Shown here in pieces: positions 12,493 through 25,078 of a stretch of 64,000 nucleotides of DNA (its first letter is position 1; each line of letters opens with the position of its first letter). The DNA lies in contig NC_057721.1 of NCBI RefSeq assembly GCF_004010195.1, forward strand, positions 59,721,185 through 59,785,184, in the 5' to 3' direction. The notes beneath the pieces were generated by a model, which had not been told where the DNA came from, ran no database searches, and saw only the letters and a list, made by a program, of their open reading frames with translations. The DNA is from Chiloscyllium plagiosum (taxonomy: Eukaryota). Position numbers and translations under genes: made by a program.

Positions 12493-14306
12493 ATATAAGG
12501 CTCTAAATTGTAAACCGAGTATTTCAGTAGCAGCAAAGCCAGCATACTCTTAAATACAGCATGAGGTCTAACAAAGGATTTGCAAGTATCACATGTAGCA
12601 AGATGTAATGCAAGCAGCTATTAAGTATCCTGTAGTAAACCTGTTTTTCAAACCAAGCCTCCTGTTTATCCAAGATTTCACATTACCAAGTCTTCTCAAC
12701 TGGTATTCATAACTTTGACTAAAACCCATGAGAAAGATTGAACCCACTGAACCCACGTAGGACATCAAGATAGCTCCAGTCAACATGAGGACAACGTATA
12801 GCATCCACCATCATTTGCGTGAAGCACATGAGAAAAGATGGGATGGAAATGGACTCAAGTTGGAATGAGGTGGTTGAAAGCTGGGAATCCAGATCAAACG
12901 CAAATATAAATTCTTAGCAAATATTCTAAATTGAATCTTTTTGGGGTTCTGAAATAGGATCGAGACTCACCACTTGCCGATGAAGGAAAATTCATGGGAG
13001 CTGATCTATTGCTCACAAGCGGTGGGTTTCTTAAAATGAAACCATGATGCAGGACTTAATTTCAATGGAATCATTTAACACTCGTCCCATATTGAACATC
13101 CCAACTTGAAAACAGGAGAATAAAAATGAAAAAAAACCACTGGGAATATTCAGCAGGTAAGGCATCATTTGCTCTGTTTAAAATGAAGTGTGATAGGTGC
13201 TGGAACCCTTGATCAATCAGGTGCTTAAAAGAAGACATTACGTTTAGTTGGTGATAGAAGTGTTCTATTTTTCCATTTTAGATTATATTTTTAGACTTTT
13301 ATTTTGCTTCCTGGTTCAGGGTTGTCTTGGGAAAATCTGTAATTTTTGTCACATTTTCTCATATTTTCACGAATTAGATTTTTTTGTGTTGATATTTGGG
13401 AGTTAGACAAAGATATGAAAAAAGAAAACAAAATACAGGGATTTGGGGAAAGATCCGGGAGTGGGGAATTAGCCAAATTGGATTTACAAAGAGCCAGCAC
13501 TATTGGCCAAATGGCCCCCTCCTGTGCCATAACCATTCTGTGATTTTATGATTCAATTAAATTGCAACAAAGTGCTGAAATAATGAATCCCTTCGGGAAC
13601 TTCAAAGATATTGTGTATATTTTAGGAAAGGAATGGGTGTTCCTAAGAGGTCAGTGAGGACTGGCACAATGACACTCAAGCTGCTTTGAATGTTCTCGTT
13701 ACCATCTTAGAACTCAGATTTACAGATCCCTCCATATGTCAGAGGGGGCTTTGCTTTGCTACCCATTTCACAATGTTGGCACTAACAGAGTTCTACCATC
13801 TGCTGCAGAATGTCCTTCTGATGACATCTGGAACAAGGTCGACTCTCTTTCGGTGAAGCCAAGGTTAAAATATCATCAATATTTCATGCCACTGGATCAG
13901 TTAAATCATTCCAGAGGGCATCTGCTACCCTTAACAGTTGATGTGAAAATATTTTGTAGATAAGTTGACAAATACTTCATTTGAAATGGGGTACAATTTC
14001 TTGGCCCTCTGTAAATCTTGTAATGATCAAAACAGGACAGATTAGATCCGGACTGAAATCTGACTTGATAGGTCATATTTCGTTTTATTTGGTTCTAATG
14101 AGATGGTCTGTCACTGAAACATTAGCATGTACTGTTGTAGATTTGGGATTTATCAATGAAACAGAAGTTTATTATGCAAAAGAAATTAATATTAAGATGT
14201 TGACATACAATACATATTTAAAGAGCTTGAAATAAACGCTAAAATATAATCCTAAAAGCACCTCTTTACAGTACTCACATCAAAGAGAATTTCCGTCTCT
14301 TTCACC

Positions 14307-14910
14307 TGTTATGGACCAGGTCAGACCCCTAAAAACATTTCAAAAAGGTAGCTCAGACCCTACTTTTGCATTTGTTTTAAGTAAGTGTACATTGGATATT
14401 CCAGGAGAGAATCAGCTGGTCTAACTACTTAGTTTTAATCAAATCAGAATTTATTTTCAAGATTACTAAATGAAACACAAAGAACAGAAAACAGAATACT
14501 GAGTAACCTACCCTTTCAGAAAACCCAACAGACTATCCCAACTTAATGATGCTATTCCAAGATACCCACAACTATTCCCATAAATACCCTTGGCACAAAA
14601 GGTAAAATGAAGCACAAGTTCTAACAGGAATGGAATCAGAGGGAGAGAGAGAGTCCAGCAGCCTTTCTTCACACACCCACTGCTGCATTAAAACCAAACA
14701 AAGAAAAAAATCTGAGCTGCTCGAACTGGCCACACTCCTTTCATTATGCAAGTATTTTTTCAAAACTGGAAAGCCTTCTGCCTGAGGTAGTATCTGTTAG
14801 TTGTAAACAAATTGGCCATAAAATCCATCCAACCTTAGATGTTTCGGAACCTGTGTTGTTTACAACCTCTCTGAAAAAAAAACAAGGATAACCTAACCTT
14901 GTTTATCGCA
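14307..14910. mobile_element. solo LTR (gypsy-type)
   Basis: TG...CA termini with a perfect 4-bp TSD CACC (14303-14306 and 14911-14914). Homologous to the LTR at 50314-51832. Confidence 0.85.
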
Positions 14911-15084
14911 CACCTCAGTAGGGTTAGTTCAACATTGACATCAACTCCCAATCTGGATAATTTAATAGCTTCTCCCAGGACCCTTCCTATACCCGCCCTT
15001 ATAGTTTCTCAACTCTAAATAATATCTTCAGGGTTTTACACAAGCACTCTGGTCTCTGGTGATGAACTAATAGAAGGCAATGAG

Positions 15085-16100
15085 TTGGATAAAGAGGGTG
15101 TGTTTAGGATGGCAACCTTTAACTAATGGATTCACCAAGGGGATCAGTGCTGGAACCACAATAATTTACAACATATATTACCAACTTACATAATGGAAGT
15201 GAAGGTACAATGCCAGGAACAAAGTACCTACTAAAAGATTCCAAGTTCCACAGATGACTTAACATAAGTAGCGATGTAAGTCATAACAGAGGTATAAAGA
15301 GTCAATATAAGGATACAGACAAGTAAGTGAATGACCAAATACTTGGTAGATGGAGTATAATGTGGGAAAATATGAGGTTATGTACTTAGCTAGAAAGAAT
15401 ACTATTTAAATAGAGAACAATTGAAGAAATGTAAAACCAAAGTGAGTTGAACACCCTTGTGCATGAATGATAAAAGTTAACATTCATGTTCAGTGAGTAA
15501 TAAGAAAGGCAAATGCACTCTTAGCCTTTATTTCAAAGGGGAAAGTAGGGAGGTCTTGCTAAAAATATACACGGTAATAGTAAGAACACACCTTCAATAC
15601 TGTGAAGCATTTTGCTTACCTTATAGCTATACTGGCATTGGAGACAGTCCAAGTAAGGTTCATGAAGTTGATCTCAGGTATGGAGATTGAGAAGGTTAGG
15701 CCTGTACTCATGGAGTTTAGAAGAATAAGAGAAGTTCTTGTTGAAACAAACAAGATCCTTAGGAGGCTTGATTCCTAGATGTTGATAGATAGATTCCCCT
15801 TGTAGGACAGTTTATGTCCAGAGGGCATAATCTCAGAGTAAGGGTGTCACCCATTTAAGATAAAGATGAATTTCTTCATTAAGAGGGTATTGAATATGTG
15901 GAATTTGTTTTACAGCAGAGTACTGTATAGTTGAGCTGTTAAGTATATTCAAGGTTGTAATAGACAGGTTTTTAATTCATAAAGCAATCAAGGATAATAG
16001 AGGTAAAGGAGGAAAGTGAAGTTGACAGTTCTCCTTTTGGATGCCAGAGCAGATTCTATGGTTTGAATAGCCTACTTCTACTCCAACCACATATGGTCTT
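15085..16100 (+). mobile_element. decayed CR1 LINE (RT to 3' tail)
   Basis: PxGSVLxP-like and xDD motifs, a HLQYCEAF (LEYCVQF-like) block, and a CR1 tail ending ggtctt. Confidence 0.8.
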
Positions 16101-16872
16101 TTGGAACTATGACTAAACCCCTTACCCTGATGTAATTATTCTCAGTAAACCTATACTATCCACTCCCTTTCTCAGGAGCAACTGTTTTACACATCCATAT
16201 CCAGCCAAGACTTGTGTAGAACTGCCACAAACTGAAACCAAGACTGAAAAGTTTCCCTCCGAGCTATGGGTGTTTCTTCATTAAGCTTTTAAAAAGAAAA
16301 CAAATCCAGAATCTTCCATTAGAAAGCCTTATATCCTACACTGTGTACTTCATTCGCATGTAGACTTTCCCAATGTATGCAAAACCATTAGTTCTTCAAG
16401 GATCTCTCAAATTGTTTTAATATAAATCATCATGGCTACATACAGGTTAGTCATTAACACATTTCATATATATAGATCAAACCCACATGCCACTGGTTCA
16501 TAACCTAAAAATCATAACTCATAGATAAATGATACTGATGTACACATGTATCACACATTCTACATCCCACATCCTTACAAAGAAAAATAAATATATATCT
16601 TGAAGCAGAGCTTCCATTATTCATAAGAATTGTCTTAATGCTACTTTTATGTCATACTAACAGTCGTAACATATTAAACTTGAACACGCAATGAGATATA
16701 AATCAACCATATTTTGTATCCATCTATGGGCACCACATCATTCTATTCTGTAAAGGTGCTCTCAATAAAGTGTTATTTTCACATTTTATTTTCCTGGTGC
16801 ATGAACAATTTTCAAACTTTACAGTTGGAGATTTAAGCTCCTCAAAGTACCTATGTAATTAACCCAAAGTTT

Positions 16873-17082
16873 TTCCAAAGAAGTAGTGGTTAGGTGGATT
16901 GGCCATGTTAAATTTCCCCCTAGTATCCAGCAATGTGCAGGTTAGGTGGTTAGCCAAGGTAAATGCAGGATTATAGGGAAAGGATGGGTGGTTGGTCTGG
17001 GTGGGATACTCTTTAGAGGGTCAGTGCAGATGTGATGGGCCGAATGGCCTTTTTCTGTGCTGTAGGGATTCTATGATTCTAA
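16873..17082 (+). mobile_element. HE1-like V-SINE, 3' part
   Basis: ttaggtggattggccatg...gatgggccgaatggcct...gattctatgattcta. Confidence 0.8.
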
Positions 17083-18242
17083 GAAAATCAATGGATTGTG
17101 GCCCATATAAATGACGTTTTGTTTTCATGTTATTACTGATGAATATTTCAAAATGATGTAGAGCTATAACAAGACTCAATTCACCTTTTTAAAGTATTTT
17201 AAAATATTTTTCAGTAAAACAGCCCTCATCCCAAAGTCACTGACATCAACAACTAGCTTGAATGGTTTAGTAAAATTTGGCTCAACTAAAATTGATACAG
17301 TTGTTGTCACAGCTTTGAAATTTTTAAAAGCATTTTAAACTCTCACATCAATTCAAATATTCTGCCTTTTTTCAACAAAGTTTATTAAAGGTGCTGAAGT
17401 TTATTAAACTGTGCTGAAGTTCAGAACAAACTTGTGATTGAATCCGTTCATGCCAACATAATGTAAAATCTCACATTGTGTCCTCATCACAGGAAGATCC
17501 AAAATAGCTCATACTTTCATTTCTCTAGGAGCTACTAAACCTTGTCCCACATTATGGCCTAATAAGTCACCCTTGCCTTTGGAAATTCTCTCTTAGCTAA
17601 ATTTATAATGAAATTGGTGTTTTGTAGCTGATAAAACAGTTCAGTCAAATGGTGTAAGCGTTCTTCCCAGATTTAGTTAATAAAACAAATCGCCAATGTA
17701 ATTAATACAATTACATTGTCCTTCAATTACTTTATTGGTTAACAGTTGAATTGTTGCTGGTGCATTTTTCATTCCAAATGGTATGCCTTTGCCCTGAGAA
17801 AGTCCATATAGTGTTGAGGAAACCAATGTTTCTTTAGGTCAATCAGTTAACGGGACTTGCCAATATCCTGTTAGCAGGTCAATATTTGTGACAAATTGTG
17901 TATGTCCAATTTGTTCACTACAGTCCTCCAGTCTATGATTAGGATATGAATTTACTTTCATTACCACATTGGCTTTGCAATAATCAATACAGAGTCTTTG
18001 TGACCAATCTGGTTTCCATGCCATCATGATGAGTAAGCTGACATAGTTGAATATTGTCTTTATCACAAGACCATAAGAACTGAATGAACGTAATCTCTTC
18101 CATCACCTGAGCTAACTAATTTTGAAATTAGTTCTGTACAAGTGTTGCTTTCTGGGTAATCCATCCCACATTAAGGTCATGAAGAATCAAAATCATTCTT
18201 CTGGCACTTTCCCGCAAATTATGATTCTGTAACAGCTTTGGT

Positions 18243-18342
18243 GGGTGGCACGGTGGCCCAGTGGTTAGCACTGCTGCCTCACAGCGCCAGAGACCCGAGT
18301 TCAATTCCCGCCTCAGGTGACTGACTGTATCTAATCTATCTT
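18243..18342 (+). mobile_element. HE1 SINE with internal deletion (tRNA-like head joined to tail)
   Basis: ggcacggtggcccagtggttagcactgctgcctcacagcgccagagacccgagttcaattccc (A/B boxes) followed directly by ctgtatctaatcta. Confidence 0.85.
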
Positions 18343-19467
18343 TTGTTAGTAACCCCCCCCCCCCCCCACCCCCCCCGCTGTGGAAGATAAAACATGACCT
18401 TTTAAGCATCTCCACATTTTACAATCTGATGGTTTGAAGGTTAACTTTTGGATTTTCAATTCCTGAATAATGCTCTCATGTTTCTATTTTACTCCAAGCT
18501 TCTTGCATTACTGTAAGTGCACTTTTCCCCTGATTATCATCCCTGTCATAATCTCTTTTCAATATACTACTGTGGTAAACTTGCTGATTCTACTCTCTGT
18601 CTGGAGCTGAGTTTCTTTCAGATTTGCTAAATTTCAATAAACCTTGCTTTTGATGGCCCCTGGAGACAAGTAACAACAGCAATAACATTTCAAATGTTGC
18701 CCTTACTATCTTCTTTAGTTTTCATTGTTTGTTGAACATCTTCAAATGCTTTTTGGTCAACTTACAGGCATTGGCCAATTATTCTCTGGAATTTGAAATA
18801 TAGATTGTAAGCATCATGTTTGATGTTTAGTTTATCAATTTCTCTTAGGTAGCATTGTCCTCTCACTTCATATCCGTTTATTGGTACAAATAGATTAAAT
18901 CTTGCAGACTCTTGAGGACCTCCCTATTGGCGAATATTAACAAAGGAATTGCTTTTCCTAATCATTAGGACTTTCATGATAATAAACTCTAATCATGGTC
19001 TTCAAGGTTTGAAGCTATCTTTTCAAAGCACCTTGAGATTGTGGGTGGTAAGTCATTAATTCTTTATATATTTGCAAAATTAAATTTGAACTTCAATATT
19101 TCTTCCAACTAACATGCCACGGCTGCATTTTTTTCCTAAATTCATGGCCTCAGGAAAAAGTATGGAAACATTCATAATCAATAGTTATTGGTTTCAACTC
19201 CTGGTTTTAGGTAGGGCTCCTATACAATCTATTAAAATTCTGTTAAATGGTTCGTCAAATTGAATATCAGAATTAAAATATGGTTTACTACATAGTTGGA
19301 CTTCCCCAGTACCTGATATAACTGTTTGGAAAAACTTAAAAGTGCATCTTTATGGTAAATGTGTTTTACTTCTTTACCTTGTAGCTAATACCTTAATTGA
19401 TCCACAATTGGAATTTCATGAGACATTCCTATAATGTAATTCCAAAACTCAGATGGAATTGCCATCT

Positions 19468-19600
19468 AGGCAAAAGTGAGGACTGCAGATGCTGGGGATC
19501 AGAATCAAGATTAGAGTGGTGCTGGAAAAGCACAGCAGGTCAGGCAGCATCCGAGGAGCAGGAAAATCGACATTTCGGGCAAAAACTCTTCATCAGGAAT
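19468..19600 (-). mobile_element. Penelope-like pLTR fragment with decayed hammerhead core
   Basis: Minus strand reads attcCTGATGAagagtttttgcccGAAAtGTC. Near-perfect 13-bp TSD ggaatt(g/a)ccatct at 19455-19467 and 19596-19608. Confidence 0.8.
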
Positions 19601-20403
19601 TACCATCTGATGGTCCACTCCTCAGCCCACATTCCTCATTAGTACATTGTCTTTCAAGTAATTGCACTCAAATACTGTTTCTAATCCAATTGCTGAATTG
19701 ACTATTTACACATATCTCTTTACATTTCAAATTTGATTCCTGCATTTCTATAAAGGAAAATTGACTAACCATATCAGCATCATTCCTTTTACCTTTATTC
19801 TTTTTTATTTAACTTTTTGAAAATTGTATCTGATTACTGAATTTCCAAACTGACTTGTGTTTTATTTATTCTTCTTCTTCCCCGTCTATGTCAATCTGTC
19901 TGCTATCTAGTCACAACACAGTCGGGAAACAAGTCAGGATGTTACTCTCGTGCTTTTGTTTTTACTTCCATTTTTCTACCACCCTAGTAAAGCAAATATT
20001 TTTAAACCTGCCAGGTAATTTCCAAAACCAAAATCAATCCCTTCTGTGGGAATTTGTTTCATAACTTGCACTACAACTTCTCCATTTACAAAGTCACTCT
20101 ATCCCAACAATAATGAACATGGTTTGGAATATCTATGTGTATCTTCAATTAATATTTTCTCCTTCATTGACCCTTCTGGAAGATAAATAGTATCATCAGC
20201 TACAATCAGTGACTGACTTGCTACATTATCTCTCAATATCTTTATTGGTTTACCTTCGTTGTTCAAAGCATAAGGAACACCTCCCTTTGTGAGATAGAAT
20301 ACTCAGAACCTCAAGTGGTCTGATTCTCCTTGGCACTATTCAACAAATGTTCACCAATGTCCTGAGCCACCTTTCCCTTCGTGTGTATTCTAAGGATATT
20401 TGT

Positions 20404-20559
20404 TTAAAATCACACAACACCAAATTATAGTCCAACAGGTTTAATTGGAAGCACGCTAGCTTTTTTTAATTGCTTCCAATTAAACCTGTTGGACTATAAC
20501 CTGGTGTTGTGTGATTTTTAACTTTGTACACCCCAGTCCAACACCGGCATCTCCGAATC
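20404..20559. mobile_element. Penelope-like fold-back element
   Basis: ~48-bp inverted arms with 2 mismatches. Perfect 12-bp TSD aaggatatttgt at 20392-20403 and 20560-20571. Confidence 0.85.
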
Positions 20560-20764
20560 AAGGATATTTGTACTACTGATAGTTTTAGTACCTATTTCTT
20601 TTCTTTTTTGAAGGTTCCTTAGACATCTCATCAACTGCAATTAGACTCCCATTTAACTCTAGCAACGGGCTTTCATGTATCCAAACTGTTTACAATTGAA
20701 GCATTTTAATTTCTTTACATCAGCTATTGACTCAGCCTTTCTCTTTTATTATTTTGGCATCTTT

Positions 20765-21270
20765 TGAATGAATGATTTTATCGTCACGTGTATTTTACAG
20801 TGAAAAATATAATAAAATGCAGTGAAAAACTTCTACCATCACCATGATTGTGGCAACATTTTGAATAGCTCAAGAATTTTTTTTTAAAAGATGTAGCCTA
20901 AAGAGAGTCCATAACCCTGTCTCCACCACGTCACCACCTCCAAGTGCAGGACCCCACCAATGTCAAAGTCACCATTCCCAGGCGCCATCTTTTGCCACTG
21001 GGTCTACTTCCTTCAACCATCTCCATTAGACCACTGCCAGGGTCTCCACTCCAGAATCACCAGCTGCCACCACACTCCAGGCCCTGAGGAAGCCATTTTC
21101 TTCGTCAATGCCATCACCGTTGATGCCGCAACAACCCAAGCTCTCCTCAGAAGGTAAGTTGCAGAAATAATTAAACGGAAATAAAAAGGAGAAAAGAAGT
21201 AAAGAAAAAAAGATTCTAAAAAAGCAGGCATGCGGACGAGCCCCAGACACAAGGGCCTGCTCTCTGTGTA
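20765..21270 (-). mobile_element. non-autonomous non-LTR-like insertion within the gypsy gag
   Basis: GC-richer block with minus-strand tail cacgtgacgataaaatcattcattca. Confidence 0.4.
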
Positions 21271-23566
21271 CTTCGCTGCCAGCATTATGAAATGTCTGTT
21301 CGATAAAACTCTTGTATCCCACTTTGCTGTAAGATAGCTCATGTTCTTTCATTTCCCTACCGTTTGGAATTAAAGTGTTTCTTTACTCACATCTCCTTTT
21401 CTATTCCTCTCTTATTCCTCCCTTTCCATTTTGAGTTTTCTTAACTCTATGTCCCTTCATCATGCTGTACCTTTCATGCCAAATTAACGCCTTTTCATTT
21501 CTATAACTTTGCTAATCAGATGTGACATACTCATTTCAGGTTTCCTGCCTTTGAATTCTGAATGTTATAAAATCAGTTGAAGCCTCTCATCCATATGAGA
21601 TTTTGTGTTTACTTTCACCTTCTATTTATCTTCTAACTCTTCCATCACAGTTTTCTTCAAGAATTTTTAATATTTCATTGGAATATCTTCCACTTCCTGA
21701 AAATTTTGAGCAGCATTTAAATCCATCCCTGCAGTAAACTTTACAAGAATACAAGTTCTTTATGTCCAGAACCACCCCGTGGCCATTACATTGGCCATCA
21801 CTCAGAGAGTTACAGCTGAATTAGACTGGTTAACAGCTTCCCGGTTCCAACAGCATCAGAGCTGTGGTGGACCGGCCAAGTCTTCAACTCCAGAGCCCAG
21901 GAGCAGGTTAATTACTGGGGCTTCAGGGCGCAGAGAGGAGATGAGGGCTGGAAAGGGATGGGCTGAAGGGGTTAAGGGTGTTGTTGGAGAGGCTGAGCTG
22001 AGAGTGGCAGCATGTGTGAACACCCATGGGAAGTTGGAAAGAAGTAGGCCATCCCAAACCTCTTCCCCACCCCAAACTCCCACAAACACTTCCCCCTCCC
22101 CACAATTCCTTTCCCCATGCCAGCAGGTAACTTTCTGGGTTTCCCACTATCCCCCCTGAAAAATAAGGCTGATTGGAAGAGGGCCCTTAAGCAGTCAGCG
22201 ATTGGTCACTGAAGCCTCTCAGGTGGGGCAAGGGCAGGGAGGCCTGGAAGTGTGACCATTCCGCTGTAAAATTATGGAGATATCAGAGTTGGTGAGCAGC
22301 CAATGGGCAGGGGTTCTGGGCAATTTTTCAGGCATCCCCACTGGCAGGGAAACTTAAACTTCTGCCCCTTTGGTCTTTGTGAACAGTGCTTTCAAACCTT
22401 TAACCTGGAGGTGATGGTCGCCTGGTGAAGAAGCCAGTAAAATGTTTTGTGACACAGATTGCTGCCAAACTCAGCAGAAAGCCAAAGTTAATGGTTAAAC
22501 GAATTAAGAGTGATTCCTTCGGACTGCTGTCATCTTATTGATAGCTGACAGTGACCACCACTTTGCAGAGATAGCCTCCCGGAACTTGCCAGAACGATTA
22601 ATTGGAAACACATTCTCTGTGGCACAGCAGTAAAAGGCATCCCTGTCACCCCAGTCCCCCATGTGAAATATGTCTCTGTCAGCTTAGTTCACGTAAAAAT
22701 GTATTAAATTCTCATCTTTCCAAGTCTCTCAATAAATGGAGCCACTAACAGGTTTGTATTGCGACTTCGATCTAGGGATCTCTCTCTGCAGAGCTGCAGA
22801 AGCTCCAGATCTGTGAGCCCTCTAAATGGGCTGGCAGTTTGACAGTCCCACCTAATGTCTTTCCTTAACACCCAAAATTATATCACCTCCAACCCAATGT
22901 ACCAAGCACCCAAAAAACACTCAAGAGCTTTAGCTTTGGCTGAATCTCGACCTTTTCTAACTGACTGCCAAAAAATAAATATCATTCCTTGTGGCTGAGG
23001 CTACTTTATAAAAATAAACCTCATGCAAATAATTGTATTTTATGGATTCTCATGACAAAAAAGAAACAACACATATTGTAAGCATTGACCCCCAGTCTAT
23101 CAGTGTGTCCAGCTATCTGTAGCCGCCTCTCTGATGTTGAAAAATAATCACTTGATAATATTACTGTGGCATTGAGAAATGATTGACTTTGAGTTCCATT
23201 GATAAAAAGAAATACATCTTAATAAAAATAGGCACTAAATTTTCTTCCTCATCAAAATAGAAGATTGGTGCTCTGATTATCCTCTCTCCCTCTCTTGGCA
23301 AAATTCTGATCTATCCCTGTTTGCTGAAATGGGAATGATGTGAAAAACATTTGCATTTAAGAGTATGCAGCACCAAAGCCTGGTGATGAAAAGTGTGGCA
23401 CCAGAAGTGTTAATGCCTGACAGTCATTACCTAAGGAATGGGTGTGAAGCATGCTCCATTTTTGCAGATGTAGATGGAAAGATCGGTGATTTCCTCCGAC
23501 ACACAACACTGTGCTGGTTAATCTCTGATGATTTAATACATTAGGTTTTGTACAGATAATTAATTT

Positions 23567-23978
23567 AAAGAAAGGAAGACCTGCATTTATAGCTTTTTCA
23601 TGATGTCAGGATGTCCCAAATCATTTTTAAAATTTCTGTAGGAAATATATGAGCAAATTTGTGCACAATTAGATCCCGCACAAACAGGAATGTGAAAATT
23701 ATCAACTAATTTGTTTTTCAATTATGTTGGTTGACAGATAAACAGTGGCACAGACACCAGGGAGAGCTCTACTGTTCCAACCCAAAGATGGCAAGGGACT
23801 CTTACACCCACCTGGGAAAGCAAAGGGGCCTCCATTTAATGTCACATCTGACAGACTTCATCAACACTGCACAGAAGTGTCATATTAGACAATATGCTCA
23901 AGTCGATGTGTGGGACCTGAACCCACAACCTGCTGATTCAGAGGCAGCAAGTACAATACCGCCGAGGCTAACACCTCC
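23567..23978 (-). mobile_element. Deu-domain tRNA SINE (SacSINE1/AmnSINE1-related)
   Basis: Minus strand has a tRNA head (ggttgtgggttcaggtcccac), a Deu-like core (ggtgtaagagtcccttgccatc...ctccctggtgtctgtgcc) and an L2-type tail (ataaatgcaggtcttcctttcttt). Confidence 0.7.
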
Positions 23979-24659
23979 TCTGAAAAGCTTGGCTCTTTTT
24001 CTGTACTGTGACGGTGAACAGAGCGAAACTGATTAAATAATTAAAATAAACCTTATTTTATGTAAATGTTGTAAATAATACATTCCTATCTTAAACCCCA
24101 AATGTTAACAGCATTTAATATATTAACTCTACAGGGCCAATTATCCTGGAGCCATTCTTAGTTATGATGCGCATAGCAAATATTGTAAAAAGCAAAGACT
24201 CAAATTCTTTGTCAAACAATTATCTTAGATTTCCAAAGCCATTCCAAAGATTCTGATGCAAAACTTTAGCTCTCTAATTTTGTTTTTTAAACATCTATCA
24301 TGCAGATTTTTTCAGACTGCTGAACATTTCCTACATGTTCTGTTTTTATTTCTTCAGATATCCTCCAGTTAGCTGATTAGATAACCTATCAAAAAGCTGG
24401 TATAAATGTAATGGGCCAAATGGCCTTCTTATCTGCTGTATAAAGCCTTTAAAACACCAATTGAAACAACAAACATTTTATAGCTAGTGTGCATTCTGGA
24501 GAGATCCTCAAAAGGTGGCAAGAATAAGCTCATTGATCATGGAGGAGATTCATATAAATCATTGCCCTGAATTTTCTCAGGAGATCAAAAAGGAAATCTA
24601 ATTAACTTTTTATCCTTCTTGAGCCAAAAGATTTCCCCAACAGAATGTCTATGTACAAC

Positions 24660-25078
24660 TTTGATTTAATTTATTGTTGCCACATGTACCTAAATGCAGT
24701 GAAAGGTCTTGTTTTGTGAGCAGTATAGGCAGAAAAGAGCAAACAAGGGCGTACAAACCATAGGGTGTTTAGACAGAGCAAGGCATACAATGTTACAATT
24801 ACACAAGGGAAACACAAAGCAAGATCAACATTATTTGAAATTAGAGAGGTCCATTCAACAGTCTAAAAATGCAGGGAAGAAGCTGTTCTTGAATTTGTTG
24901 GTGCATGTTTTCAAGCTTCTGTATCTTCTGCCTGACAGAAGAGTTTGGCAGAGAGCATTACCGGGGTGCGAAGGGTCTTTGATGATGTTGGCATCCTTTC
25001 TGTGGCAATGAGAAGTGTAAATGGAGCCCACGGGTGGGTGGTTGGCTTCCGTGATTGTCTGGGCTGTGCACACAACTC
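24660..25078 (-). mobile_element. Rex1/Babar LINE 3' end
   Basis: IIKDPSHPGNALCQTLLSGRRYRSLKTCTNKFKNSFFP is the Rex1-type ORF C-terminus. Tail ends aataaattaaatcaaa. Confidence 0.85.

Larger units (their letters stand above)
16131..21760 (-). mobile_element. Gmr1-like Ty3/gypsy LTR retrotransposon relic (gag-PR-INT-RT-RH), interrupted by SINE and Penelope insertions
   Basis: Minus strand: PR GKPIKILRDNVASQSL (~20200-20255); INT EPFNRILIDCIGALPKT (~19203-19253) and YHPQSQGAL (~19024-19050); RT KPDWSQRLCIDY...DLLTGYWQVPL (17839-18020) and PFGMKNAP (~17760-17782); RH KPFKLVVDVSDFG (~17230-17272). Candidate 3' LTR at ~16131-16564 is uncertain. Confidence 0.88.

Noticed and set aside
18243-18315. 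tRNA gene
   Set aside because: It is the tRNA-derived head of an HE1 SINE followed by SINE sequence.
18352-18376. poly-C/G-quadruplex element, poly-Gly ORF
   Set aside because: Simple homopolymer expansion inside a dead retroelement.
21233-21245. tRNA-Pro-like primer binding site (minus tggggctcgtccg)
   Set aside because: It is not adjacent to an LTR CA end, lies in a secondary insertion, and gag-like sequence continues upstream of it.
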